A stretch of 39,292 nt of DNA from Octopus bimaculoides (GCF_001194135.2 NC_068995.1:29710796-29750087); one strand, 5' to 3'. Shown: positions 22,731 through 35,495, counted from the stretch's first letter. Notes: generated from the sequence alone by a model not told the origin. Translations and numbers: made by a program.

Positions 22731-22925
22731 GTAGTAGCACTGACTAGAGCTCAGTCAAGAAACTTTTGCTACAAGACCATCTCCGACTTTGAGGCAGCCA
22801 GGAACAACACCATGAGAGAGAAAAGAGCTCAGCACAGAGCCAGGTCCAATGTACCACCACTGCAACATCTGTAACAGGATCTGCAAATCCCAGATAGGTT
22901 TGTATTCCCACATAAGACAACATGA
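22731..22925 (+). pseudogene. RTE/BovB-like LINE C-terminal relic, right part
   Basis: VALTRAQSR..DFEAARNNTMREKR, then frameshifted C2H2 CNICNRICKSQIGLYSHIRQH. Confidence 0.8.
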
Positions 22926-23156
22926 CAAAATGTCAAACTAAGAACAATGTAATATGTATGTATGCATCTGTATGTATGTATATATGTATGTATGTATGTC
23001 TGCACACCCACGTACATGCGCCTGTATGTATATACTCATCCACCCTCATATATATATATTTATGTATAGATATATATATATTTATATGTGCATATATATA
23101 TATTTATATATGTGTATATATATTTATATATGTGTGTGTATATATATATATATATA

Positions 23157-23552
23157 CTCTTTTACTTGTTTCCATCATTTTGACTGTGGCCATGGTGGAG
23201 CACCACCTTTAGTCAAGCAAATAGACCCCAGGACTTATTCTTTGCAAGCCTAGTGCTTTTTGTATTGTCTCTTTTGCCGAACCGCTAAGTTACAGGGACG
23301 TAAACACACTAGCATCAGTTGTCAAGCGATGTTAGGGGGACAAACACAGACACACAAACATACACACAAACATATATATACATATATACGACAGGCTTCT
23401 TTCAGTTTCTGTCTACCGAATCCACCCACAAAGCTTTGGTTGGCCCGAGGCTATAGTAGAAGACAATTGCCCAAGGTGTCACACAGTGGAACTGAACTTG
23501 GAACCATGTGGTTGGTAAGCAAGCTACTTATCACACAGCCACTCCTACGCTT
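23157..23552 (-). mobile_element. Family-A SINE, near full length
   Basis: tRNA-like head (ggctgtgtgataagtagcttgc..agttcagttcc), central TA/CA repeat, 3' tail. Confidence 0.88.
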
Positions 23553-24244
23553 ATATATNNNNNNNNNNNNNNNNNNNNNNNNNNNNNNNNNNNNNNNNNN
23601 NNNNNNNNNNNNNNNNNNNNNNNNNNNNNNNNNNNNNNNNNNNNNNNNNNNNNNNNNNNNNNNNNNNNNNNNNNNNNNNNNNNNNNNNNNNNNNNNNNNN
23701 NNNNNNNNNNNNNNNNNNNNNNNNNNNNNNNNNNNNNNNNNNNNNNNNNNNNNNNNNNNNNNNNNNNNNNNNNNNNNNNNNNNNNNNNNNNNNNNNNNNN
23801 NNNNNNNNNNNNNNNNNNNNNNNNNNNNNNNNNNNNNNNNNNNNNNNNNNNNNNNNNNNNNNNNNNNNNNNNNNNNNNNNNNNNNNNNNNNNNNNNNNNN
23901 NNNNNNNNNNNNNNNNNNNNNNNNNNNNNNNNNNNNNNNNNNNNNNNNNNNNNNNNNNNNNNNNNNNNNNNNNNNNNNNNNNNNNNNNNNNNNNNNNNNN
24001 NNNNNNNNNNNNNNNNNNNNNNNNNNNNNNNNNNNNNNNNNNNNNNNNNNNNNNNNNNNNNNNNNNNNNNNNNNNNNNNNNNNNNNNNNNNNNNNNNNNN
24101 NNNNNNNNNNNNNNNNNNNNNNNNNNNNNNNNNNNNNNNNNNNNNNNNNNNNNNNNNNNNNNNNNNNNNNNNNNNNNNNNNNNNNNNNNNNNNNNNNNNN
24201 NNNNNNNNNNNNNNNNNNNNNNNNNNNNNNNNNNNNNNNNNNNN

Positions 24245-27200
24245 ACAACATGCAGGGGTCTTCCATGGCATACATGGAGGCTATGGTTTTGGTTCCTGCA
24301 ATGAGGAGGAAACCAAGCTGCTGGAGTTCTACGATGCAAATGACCTTATGGTTTGCAATACTAACTTCAGGAAACCTGCCTGTCACCTAGTCACCTACCG
24401 TTCTGGCAGACACACTAGCCAAATTGACTACATCCTCGCGAGACAAAGGGAAAGAGAGCTGCTTATAAATGCCAAAACTTTCCCAGGCAAAGAATTTACC
24501 CCTCAACATAGATTAGTAGTTAGCGACTTCGGGATCAGGGCTAAATGGATGCCCAGAAGTAGACTAGCTTGGAGGAGAAGGGCGTGGAAGCTTAAAGATC
24601 CTGCAAATGGACAGAGATTTAAAGCTTTTTATGAGATAAGAGGATATAGCTTCACACAATGTGGAAGACAACTGGAGGTTTCTACGGGACAACCTGCTGA
24701 GGGCTACTGACCAGATCTGGAGATGGTGCAAAGTCCCCTCTCGACCCAAAATAACGTGGTGGTGGAACAATGTTGTTGACAGGGCTATTAGAGTAAAGAA
24801 ACAGGCTTGGTAGGACTGGAAGAACAGTGGTAGCAGGGAATTGTATCAGACTGCCAGAAGGGAAGCTAGGAGACTGGTTTATTTAGCCAGAGGAAAGCAG
24901 ATAAGAAAAAATTTGCCATTGTTCTGCACTGTGAGGACCAAAGACTCGAGGTATTTTGTGTTGCAAGAGAGTGTGTGAGAGAGAAACGTGATGTTTTAGG
25001 AGAGAAATGTGTTCGCATGGATGATGGTACGCTTGCACTAAACAAGGCTACAAAGAGAGAGATTTGGAGACACCACTATGAAATGTTGCTCAATAAAGAG
25101 AATGAATGGGAGAAAGAGAGTCTGCCAGATGTCGACCCAACAGAGGGACCAGCTATCCAAATTGACAGTACCATGGTAGATAAAGCAATTAAGAGTATGA
25201 AGACAGGGAATCACTGCAGAGATGCTCAAAATATCTGGCGGTGTTGGCTATAGCCTCATTACCCATATAGTTAACTAGGTGTTACAGGAAGGAGTCATAC
25301 CCAATGACTGGTGTAGCAGCACCATAATCAACTGCTACAAAGGCAAAGGTGACGCTTTAGATACAAATAATTACAGAGGTATCAAGTTGTTGGATCAGGT
25401 AATGAAGGTCATGAAGAGGGTCATAGCCCAACTAATTAGGGAGCGAATCAGCTTAGATGAGATGCAGTTTGGGTTCGTGCCAGGGAAAAGCACCATTGAT
25501 GCTATATTTCTGGTAAGACAGCTGCAGGAGAAATACCTAGCCAAAGATAAACCTCTGTACCTGNNNNNNNNNNGACAGCTGCAGGAGAAATACCTAGCCA
25601 AAGATAAACCTCTGTACCTGGCTTTCGTTGACATGGAGAAAGCCTTTGACAGGGTCCCCTGATCCCTTATCTGATGGTCAATAAGGAAACTAGTGATAGA
25701 AGAATGGTTAGTGAGAGCTGTACAGAGACGCTGCCAGTAAGGTGAGGGTTGGCAAAGAGTACAGTGAAGGATTCTGGGTAGAGGTAGGGGTCTACCAAGG
25801 TTCAGTCTTCAGCCCCCCCCTCTATTTATCATAGTCCTCCAGGCAATAACACAGGAATTCAAGACAGGATGCCCCTGGGAGCTCCTCTATGTTGATGACC
25901 TTGCTCTAATTGCTGAGTCACTATCAGAACTAGAGGAGAAGTTTCAGGTGTGGAAGCAAGGATCAGAATTGAAGGGCCTTAGAGTCAACCTAGCTAAAAC
26001 CAAAGTCCTAATAAGTAGGAAGGCAGACAAACCACAAATCCCTTAAGGTAGATGGCCCTGCTCGATCTGTAGAAAAGACGTAGGTAGAAACTCTATAAGA
26101 TGTACCCAGTGTAAGCTCTGGACACATAAGTGGTGCAGCAATATCAAAGGAAGGCTAACTGGGAAGATAGTTTTGTATGTGGTAGANNNNNNNNNNNNNN
26201 NNNNNNNNNNNNNNNNNNNNNNNNNNNNNNNNNNNNNNNNNNNNNNNNNNNNNNNNNNNNNNNNNNNNNNNNNNNNNNNNNNNNNNNNNNNNNNNNNNNN
26301 NNNNNNNNNNNNNNNNNNNNNNNNNNNNNNNNNNNNNNNNNNNNNNNNNNNNNNNNNNNNNNNNNNNNNNNNNNNNNNGACTGCTGAGGATATGCGTAAG
26401 CTTGCAAGGAATGAAGCCAGTATGCACCGCTGGATGTGTAATGTCAGTGTGCATACTCGACAGAGTGTAAGTACCTTAAAAGAAAAGTTGGACCTAAGAA
26501 GCATCAGATGTGGTGTGCAAGAGAGACGATTGCACTGGTATGGTCATGTGGCGAGAATGGATGAGAATAGCTGTGTGAAAAAGTGCCCCACCCTAGTGGT
26601 TGAGGGAACCTGTGGAAGAGGTAGACCCAGGAAGACCTGGGATGAGATGGTGAAGCATGACCTTTGAACATTAGTCCTCACTGAGGCAATGACTAGTGAC
26701 CGAGACCTTTGGAAATATGCTGTGCTTGAGAAGACACGGCAAGCTAAGTGAGACCATAACTTGTGGCCTATGCCAAGGGTGTAACCAGCCCACTTATGTG
26801 TACCTTTCCTTCATTGGACACTAAACTCTGCTTGCGAAGACCTGTTGAGGCAAGTGAAATCAAAATTGAAATCAAATTTGATGACTGGCATCCGTACTAG
26901 TGGAGCGCTAAGAACACCATCCGAGCATGATCGTTGCCAGAGCAGCTAACTGGCTTCCATGCTGGTGGCATGTAAAAAGCATCATTCAAGCGTGCCTTAC
27001 TGGCACTTGTGCCGGGGGCACGTGAAAAAATATTCGAGCGAGGTCATTGCCAGTGCCGCTGGACTGGGTCCTGTGCAGGTGGCACGTAAAAAACACCATT
27101 TGAGCATGGTCGTTGCTAGTACTGCCTGACTGGCCCTCGTGCCGGTGGCACATAAAAGCACCCACTACACTCTTGGAGTGGTTGGTGTTAGGAAGAGCAT

Positions 27201-27323
27201 CCAGCTATAGAAACTCTGCCAGATCAGATTGAAGCCTAGTTCAGCTATCTGGTTTGCAAGTCCTCAGTCAAATCGTCCAACCCATGCCAGCATGGAAAGC
27301 GGACGTTAAACGATGATGATGAT
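24245..27323 (+). mobile_element. RTE-clade LINE, degenerate (APE end, RT, Cys-rich module, 3' UTR, (GAT)n tail)
   Basis: GFGSCNEE..NTNFRKP..SQIDYIL, YKGKGD..NYRGIKLL..QFGFVPGKSTIDAIF..FVDMEKAFDRVP, YVDDL, RLHWYGHVARM..RGRPRKTW. Ends in gatgatgatgat. Confidence 0.93.
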
Positions 27324-27809
27324 NNNNNNNNNNNNNNNNNNNNNNNNNNNNNNNNNNNNNNNNNNNNNNNNNNNNNNNNNNNNNNNNNNNNNNNNNNNNN
27401 NNNNNNNNNNNNNNNNNNNNNNNNNNNNNNNNNNNNNNNNNNNNNNNNNNNNNNNNNNNNNNNNNNNNNNNNNNNNNNNNNNNNNNNNNNNNNNNNNTAT
27501 ATATATATATATATATACATATTTATTTGTGTATATATATATATATATATTTGTATATAAAACTTAGTTATGTTTTGACCAAAGATTGGTCCAGGCCATG
27601 TCTAACTTAATAGCACCACCTGATAGGATTATCTAAATCCTTTTTACAGTCAGGTTTTGTCTATGGTCTATTCAAGTAGTGAGTTCTTATTGAGTGAGTT
27701 GTATCCAGGTATGGGTGGCTGATATGCACATGCATATACATACGCGGAAAGACGTGTATACAAATAAAAACAAGTACACAAAAACACACGCATCATTATG
27801 TTCATATGC

Positions 27810-28560
27810 ACATCTCTATACCTAGGGGGAAATATTGAGTCTGCCCTCCTAGGGCACTGTGAGTTTGACCACAGTGATTGTTTTTGTACTCCTAGTGAGC
27901 AGGAAAATATCTGGTCAGAATGATGTTACTACTTTCTACTCTGTGAAGATGAGCCTGCCCTTCAGGTCCACTTTCATTTCTCCATCTGAGGCTGAATGCA
28001 AAATAGAAAATGGGGCCACTGCCATTACTTTCATCTTGGATGCCTTGTCACTTTCCCTTTGGAATCTGATGCCTTTGATGGTGGTGGTAGCTGGTGTTTG
28101 TTACCCTTCACGTTTTGCACATCTACTTGTATCAACCTACTCTCAATTCCCTAGGGCATCTGGTCAAAGTGTGATTCAGGTTGCAAAGATTTGATCCACA
28201 CTGCTTGCAGGATGGGTCTTCTTCTTTACCCCATATTTTAAGGTATTTGGAGTTGGCAAGAGGTCAGTGACAACATGAAGGAGAAGGACAATCTTCTCTG
28301 ATCAGTGCCCAGAGTTCCTACCGTGACAGTGAATGCTTGAGTGCCTGGTCCCACTGTATCCATTGTCCCTGAGGTCTTGCTGTTCAGATCAACTGAGCTG
28401 AAAGCTGGAGGATTTCCCAGCCACCTTTCCATGACTTACTGCACAGCCTTTCTTTTGCTTCCACTCAAGTAGTTGCACAGTTGTAAAGCAAAAATTGACT
28501 CAGCAGTCTGTTTATGATGCCATGCTGGAAGTAACATACCTTGAACCTTCCTAGTCTAGT
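27810..28560 (-). pseudogene. HERO/NeSL-like RLE non-LTR retrotransposon relic (zinc knuckle and restriction-like endonuclease)
   Basis: QGQWIQWD..DLLPTPN../WGKEEDPSCKQCGSNLCNLNHTLTRC (CX2CX8HX4C), and TSF*PDIFLLTRSTKTITVVKLTVP*EGR (RPD..ELTVPWE-like). Confidence 0.8.
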
Positions 28561-29266
28561 TGGGTCCTTAAGTGTACAATATAATTTTTCTCAATGCATC
28601 AAATTCTTTTTTCATGGATTGTCAGAAACCCAGAATGCTGAATATTGAATATGTCATTTGTCAGCTTGATACAGCTTCTAAAATGACTAAGTGCTTTGAT
28701 CAGATGAACTTTATTCATGTTGGTAATAATGTCGCCAATTGCAGATACAGAGTCCTTGATATTGTGGGCATGCTTGTTAGTCTCCAGATGTAGTAGCCTA
28801 GTGGGTTTGAAGCAGGAAAGCTATGAGGCCAAATATTAGGGGTAACACGATCATGAAATTTTTTGGCCTATAATCCTGGGTCATGCAGGCTGTATGAGTG
28901 GGATCAGACAGCCCACATAAGTTGGAATTTCTCCATTTTGATAGGGATTTTTTCCAATGTTTTTCACCAAGACGCATCTTTTCACAAAAAAAAAGAAAAA
29001 AAATTTTGAAAATTTATTTTCTTTCACTCCCCTCCTCACCACTGCAGTCTGAAACGATTTTGACCATTTCTGTTTTATTTTCAGTACGCACTTAAAACCT
29101 GCGAGAAAAACATTTTCAGTTTAGAAAAAAATTGTTAATAATTTCAGAGAAAAATGTGTGATTTAAGGGAGAGCTGGCTGTTGTTTCTAGCACGTCCCCA
29201 AACCTCCCTTCTCGTTTCTTTCTCACTCACACATCTATTGATATTTTTCAATATTTTTCTCCCCGT

Positions 29267-29463
29267 AAGGTGGCAAGCTGTCAGAAACATTAGCATGCCA
29301 GGCGAAATGTCTTTACGTTCTGAGTTCATATTCCACTGAGGTCAACTTTGCCTTTCATCCTTTCGAGATCGATAGATTAAGTACCAGTTGCATACTGAGG
29401 TTGATTTAATCAACTGCCCCCCTCCCCCAAAATTTCGGGCCTTGTGCCTAGAGTAGAAAAGAA
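29267..29463 (+). mobile_element. tRNA-derived SINE, family B (core recalls Deu/Nin-domain SINEs)
   Basis: ggtggcaagctgtcagaa..gagttcatattcc (A/B boxes), gcctttcatcctttcgagatcgatagattaagtacc. Domain assignment is from memory. Confidence 0.8.
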
Positions 29464-30471
29464 TATTTTGGAAAGACTTCCGCCCCCTCCCCATTTTCTN
29501 NNNNNNNNNNNNNNNNNNNNNNNNNNNNNNNNNNNNNNNNNNNNNNNNNNNNNNNNNNNNNNNNNNNNNNNNNNNNNNNNNNNNNNNNNNNNNNNNNNNN
29601 NNNNNNNNNNNNNNNNNNNNNNNNNNNNNNNNNNNNNNNNNNNNNNNNNNNNNNNNNNNNNNNNNNNNNNNNNNNNNNNNNNNNNNNNNNNNNNNNNNNN
29701 NNNNNNNNNNNNNNNNNNNNNNNNNNNNNNNNNNNNNNNNNNNNNNNNNNNNNNNNNNNNNNNNNNNNNNNNNNNNNNNNNNNNNNNNNNNNNNNNNNNN
29801 NNNNNAAAAATAATTTTTTAAAAAGGGTAGTTTTGGTGGAGCATGGGTGGAAGTCTTGCCCATGTTATTTGTGTGTGTACAAAAAAAGCACCTAAAAATG
29901 ACGCGTACAATATTATATGCGCTAAGACAATCTGAAAACAATTGAAACTTTTAAACGTTTACCAGTTTTTATGAAATTCTGGACTTGAGTTAACAGAAGC
30001 TAAATGTAACGGAAGTTAATTAGTCCAATAATGATTTTCAAAGTTAACTTAAAAGTGAAATCGTTAACGAAAATGTTAACTTCGTTAATTAACGATTAAT
30101 GGACTTATGCCCAGCTCTCTGTTTTTGTGTGTCTCCTGTCCTAGCTTGATTTACGTTTTCGACACCACAACCTCATTTAGGCTTAGCAGCCCTTCCTGTT
30201 TGCTTTCACTGTCCTGTTTGTATTACCTATTTTGACCCTCCACAAAATCCCAAATTTTACTTAATTTGCTTTGCGGGAGCAACTGTTTTATCGAAAGCGT
30301 ATCTTGTTAAATGCTCGAAATACGAGAGGAGAAAAACAGCCAACAACTGATGGAGGGTCGTTCTTTATGTTTTGTTTTCCATTTGTGCCTTTCGTTGTTC
30401 GAAAAAATAGTTCATGTTCCATGTACTCATGCGTTGTCCTTTTTGGTTGTACATATACGTATATATATATG

Positions 30472-30529
<58 letters not shown>

Positions 30530-30623
30530 TGGTGAAGGTAAAGAATATGCACACCACCCGTTTTCAGCATAACCCTAACCCCTAACCCTAAACACCAGTT
30601 GTGCATATTCTTTACCTTCGCTA
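30530..30623. mobile_element. 94-bp MITE-like hairpin enclosing (TAACCC)3
   Basis: Perfect 20-bp inverted repeat 30534-30553 / 30600-30619, set within TA/CA microsatellite. Confidence 0.75.
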
Positions 30624-31149
30624 TATATACATATACCCATATTTATGTATATATTTGTATTTATGTATGTAGGCATATTCTCAAATCTACATGTTCAATT
30701 TTATTGACTATCTCTCAATTCTCTTATACCTTTATCATTCAACCCTAAATTGCACATCTCTCTTATCACACATCTGTCTTGTTACTCATCTGTCTAAAAC
30801 ATCCCACTATCACTCATGTCTCAGTTACCTCAACCTTTATCAATCATACCTCCAGTTCATGCTACCTTTATATACGACTTCTACATATGCCCTATTCACT
30901 CAGCCTACACTCCCTGATCAACATGCGCTCTCACCATTTATCCATCTTTTGCTGTCCATCATTCTTTCACCCTTATTCTCTCTAGTGCTGATGTCATGAT
31001 AAGATGCATTCAATGCACTCTGTTTAGTATTGGTTTAAGAGGACCCTCTAGTACTAGAGAGTACTGGTGCCATAAGAAAATATGCCCAGTAAACACTGTA
31101 ATGCGGGTGGCTCTAAGAAGAGTACCCAACCATAGATACCAAACCAAAA

Positions 31150-31970
31150 ATGAAACTCATGCTGAGATGTAGAACCATGTGTTTGCAAAATTAGGAGTTG
31201 GAAGAAATTCCATTTGCTGCACCCAGTGTAAACTATATACACATAGGAGGTGCAGTAGAATAGCAGGTAGATTAACAGATAAAGTCGTCTTTGTATGTGG
31301 CAGATGTGCTGGAACAATAAGCACTAAGAGCACATGAGACTTAGATTCTATCAAATGCCCAGGAGGCTCTCTTGAGGTTGTAGATAGTTTCTGTTACCTA
31401 GGTGACCAAATTATCAATGGTGGAGGATGTTCTGAAAGTATTGTTTCTAGAATAAGAATTGGGTGGAGGAAGTTCAGAGAGCTATTAACTCTGTTGGCAA
31501 CAAAAGGACTCTCTCTCAGAGTGAAAGGTAGACTATATAATGCTTGTGTGCGAACAGCTATACTCCATAGTCGTGAGACATGGGCACTGAATGCAGAATA
31601 CATGTGTAGATTGGAGAGAAATGAAGGTAGTATGCTACCTTGGATGCACATCAGTGCACTTGTATGGCAAAGTGCAAATGTAGTGAGAGAAAAGTTGGGC
31701 ACAAGAGGTATCAAATGTAGCATGCAAGAGAGAAGACTATGTTGGTTTCAACAAGTGATTCGTATGAATGAGGACAGAAGCATAAAGAAGTGCCAACCAC
31801 TGAAAGTAAATGGTACCCGCAGAAGAGGGAGAGCCAGCAAGACATGGGATGAAGTGGTGAGGAGCAGTCTCAGAATGTTGGGCTTCAAAGAGGAAATGAC
31901 AATGAACTGAGATATCTGATGATATGAAGTTCTTGAGAAGACTGCTCATGCCAGCGAGACCTGAGTTCTA
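31150..31970 (+). pseudogene. Second RTE-clade LINE, 3' coding fragment
   Basis: GVGRNSICCTQCKLYTHRRC..VCGRC, FCYLGD, LSLRVKGRLYNACVR..ETW, RRRGRASKTWDEVVR. Confidence 0.88.
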
Positions 31971-32342
31971 GATGCAGTGAGTGTCCCACCCACACTTAAC
32001 AATTAGATTTTTCACACACTCTACCACAATAAACTAAACTACATCTCTGCATCTCTTCTCTTCCTCACATTTCCACTTCATGCACTAGGCTTACCTCCCA
32101 CTCCCCAGTCTTGTCCTCTTGACCCTGTGCCACTGTATCATTGCTCTCCGCTAGCTTCTGACCTGCACATTCCACCCACACACTGTCTCACTGTATCATT
32201 ATGTATGCCTGGCGCTTTGCCACCCTCTCTCTCTATCCTGGTGTCTCCCACTCTTTCTCTCTCCTTCACCTGCACTTCCCTCAGGTTGGGTAACCATGTA
32301 TTTCCTTCGTGGCAACACACCTGTTTCTGTCTACATTCCTGA

Positions 32343-32395
<53 letters not shown>

Positions 32396-32559
32396 GACCA
32401 GGTAACCTTTTACCTCCCCTACAGCAAGACACTTGTTTCTGTCTCTGCCTCATTATAACCTTTCATCATCTGACACAAGATCACCTCCTCCAATGCCCCC
32501 AACCCTCTCAAAAGACTTTTTTGTTTTCTTTTGTCTGGAAAGTACTTGGTGACCCTGTC

Positions 32560-32825
32560 AATGCAAGTGCCACTTAAAAGCACTCAGTCCACACTGTAAA
32601 GTGGTTGGCATTTGGAAGAACATCCAGCTGTAAAAACCTTGCCAAAACTGACCTCACCTGTGCTTGTGCCATGTAAAAAGCACTGAGTCCACTCTGCTGA
32701 GTGGTTGATGTTAGAAAGGGCAAAAACAGTTACAGAAGTCTGGTGCAGGTTTCTGCCTGGCCAGCTCTTGTCAAACTGTCCCACCCATGCCAGCATGGAA
32801 GGCAGACATTGAACAATGATGATAA
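32560..32825 (+). mobile_element. RTE 3'-UTR-type repeat ending in gatgat
   Basis: catccagctgtaaaaacc..cccatgccagcatggaaggcagacattgaacaatgatgat, homologous to 27170-27323. Confidence 0.75.
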
Positions 32826-32967
32826 CCATACAGTTCATGTGCAGGTTAAAATTTCGCTGACCACAATGACTCACTCTATAATAATGCAAATGTTACATAC
32901 ATTCCCCCCCCCCCACCACACACACACACATATGTACATTCATGCATACAAACACACATACATTATT

Positions 32968-33200
32968 ATCATCATCCTTTAATGTCCTTCTTCCCTGTTG
33001 GTATGGGTTGGATGGCTTGACAGGACCTGGCAAGTCAGAAGATTGCTTTTGGCATGATTTCTATGGCTGGATGCCCTTCCTAATTCAACCACTTTATAGA
33101 GTGTACTGAATGCTTTTTATGTGGCACCAGCAGCAGTGAAGCCATCAAGTAACTTGCAAGGCACATCCCCTCAACTAAGTGGGGACTAGTATTGAGGAAT
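32968..33200 (-). mobile_element. RTE 3'-UTR-type repeat
   Basis: catcatcctttaatgtcc..atgggttggatgg..ggctggatgcccttcc. Confidence 0.7.
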
Positions 33201-33926
33201 GTGGCTTTGTACTATATGATGAGATGTTAGGATAATGAAAATGCACAACATGCCTTTTAGATATATTAAATAAGAAAACAAATATTTCAACATTTAGTTC
33301 CAATTGGGTTTTTTTACTCTAAGTTATTCAAAGAAAAATAATTTTAAGTAATTTTAAAATAAACATTAGTTTGCAACACTTGTCTCTGTATAATTGTTTT
33401 TGTTTTTTTTATACTGAATATTTTTCACAGTAATAATTAAATATTTAAGCATGGTTTGTGTTTCTAAGTTTCTTTCATTTTTTCTTTTTTGATATTGTAT
33501 CATTGTTGATCTGAGAATTTCTAAATGGGAAGTATTTTAAAATCTGTACATTAGCTTAGGTTAATGAAACAAATATTCTTTCAACAAGATTAATTTCCTC
33601 ATAGAAACACATCAACTGTGATGTAGAATTAGTAATGGTACTTTAAAATATGTATTAGTGAGATCATGATGTAAAGATATATGCCACAATGCTATAAGGT
33701 CATGACCATTTCGTTATCTATCCTGAATATCTTAATGCAGAACTCAAGTTGTCATTTAAGGTGAAATGTTTAACATAGTTTGTTCTTGTATGCTATGATG
33801 ATGGTGATAGTTATTATTATTACTGGAGATGTTCATGACTGTAACATTGAGATTAATAATGAGGATTACAGTAACAATATAAGCAATGTTGATTGTACAA
33901 AAGATAATAGTAATGATAATGTAGAT

Positions 33927-34336
33927 CAGTGGTTCTCAATGTGGTTGGTACTAACCCCAAGAGGGTGCTGGATATGTCAAAGGAGGCTTTAGCGGGCAAT
34001 GAGGTAACATAATTAGTATACTAAATTTGACCTGTAGTAGTAATCAAATTATACAGGATAAAACTAGCAATGGTTATTAAAAAAAAAAATCTCATCAGGC
34101 AGAGTGAATTCATTAACTTGCCACGTATAAAATAAATTTACAACTTTTGTCATTATTATTTTTTTTTATCATTTTACTGTTAAAAGTTTATACAATCCAT
34201 TTTAGAGTAAAATTTACAAGCTACCATCCATGTTAAGTTAGTTTAGTCATGGTGCTTCACTCGTCACTTAAGTGTGTGTTAGGCACAACAACTGCTTGAT
34301 GGGATGGGGGATTACAAAAAAGTTTAAAAACCGTTG
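33927..34336. mobile_element. hAT (Charlie/Buster-type) MITE
   Basis: CAGTGGTTCTCAA left end, degenerate ttaaaaaccgttg right end. Perfect 8-bp TSD ATGTAGAT at 33919-33926 and 34337-34344. Confidence 0.8.
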
Positions 34337-34647
34337 ATGTAGATAACAAAGATATGATATTGATATTGTAGAAGAAGAAGAAAGATAGATGAATATGACC
34401 ATATACCTGAAACAACTTACATTTAAACAATGATGTGAGAAGAATGTTTATATGTCCTACAAAACAAGCTCAACCTGTATAGCTATTTACTATATTTGAT
34501 ATGATTTCTCCTGAGAAAAAAAAGATCAAAGTTGGTTGGACTATATATTATACATTATCTATTGCTTTTGTATTCATTGTGTATGCATTATTTTGCTCTT
34601 GTATTTTACTGTATTCATGTTGCATAGTTTAACTTATCTTTTCACAG

Positions 34648-34788
34648 ACTGGTGTTAGAGAAGTGGTGGCTATTAAATGTGTATTGAAAAGTACACTAAA
34701 CAAAAGATCAACAGAAAATTTACTCACTGAAATTGAATTATTGAAAAAATTAAAACATGAACACATTGTAGAGTTGAAAGACTTCTTG
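34648..34788 (+). CDS. ULK3: ULK3 coding exon 2 ([47 protein letters not shown])
   Basis: ttttcacag| acceptor, |gtaaat donor, 141 nt, phase 0/0. VAIK lysine and alphaC Glu present. ULK3-specific ENLLTEIE. Confidence 0.95.
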
Positions 34789-35293
34789 GTAAATATATAT
34801 TTCAGCTAATCATATCTTTAGTGTTTTATGGCAAAACATATAGGAAAACAAATAATTTCATATTTGATAAAATATTGTCTTTACTTTGTACAGTCCCTCA
34901 TATTATTCCCCTGCCCACAGTTCTTTTTTTTAAAAGGCAAATCTCTCCAAAAGTGTTTTTAATGTTTAGTTTTACAACTGGATAAAGGCACACGTCAAAC
35001 TAACCACATTTTGCTACACTGAATTTAATAGAGACAGTGGTTTATTATTTTTTTTAATCAAGACTTGATTGAAAATTTGTGTACTGCAAGATTAAATGCA
35101 TTTTTAGTTTTACTGGCTTCAGTCATTAAACTGTGACAATGCTAGGGCAACATCTTCAAAGTTTAGCCAACCATATCTGTGTCTGTTTGTTAAACTGCTA
35201 AAGTTACAGGTCTTGAAAGGAAACAACATAAACACAAAGGCAAGGGACAAACATACAGTTATGTACACCTGTGTGTATGTGCATGGGCATGCG

Positions 35294-35361
<68 letters not shown>

Positions 35362-35367
<6 letters not shown>

Positions 35368-35495
35368 TTGGAGGGGCATCCAGCTGTAAAAACCCTGCCA
35401 AAGCAGTCACAGAAGTCTGATGCAGGCATCTACGTGGCCTGCTCCTGTCAAACTGTTCCACTCATGCCAGCATGGAAGGCGGACATTAAACGTTA
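35362..35495 (+). mobile_element. RTE 3'-UTR-type repeat fragment
   Basis: ggcatccagctgtaaaaacc..catgccagcatggaaggcggacattaaacg. Confidence 0.7.

Larger units (their letters stand above)
10513..34647 (+). other. ULK3: ULK3 intron 1 (24,135 bp, transposon-filled)
   Basis: GT-AG boundaries. Joined exons give a continuous kinase N-lobe with no missing subdomain. Confidence 0.85.

Noticed and set aside
22829-23253. YI/CV/HT-rich ORFs here and at 7114-7358, 8599-9001, 30271-30585, 35119-35461
   Set aside because: Translations of microsatellites and SINEs.
25517-25620. Exact 47-bp direct duplication around a 10-N gap in the RT
   Set aside because: Typical unmerged contig-overlap artefact.
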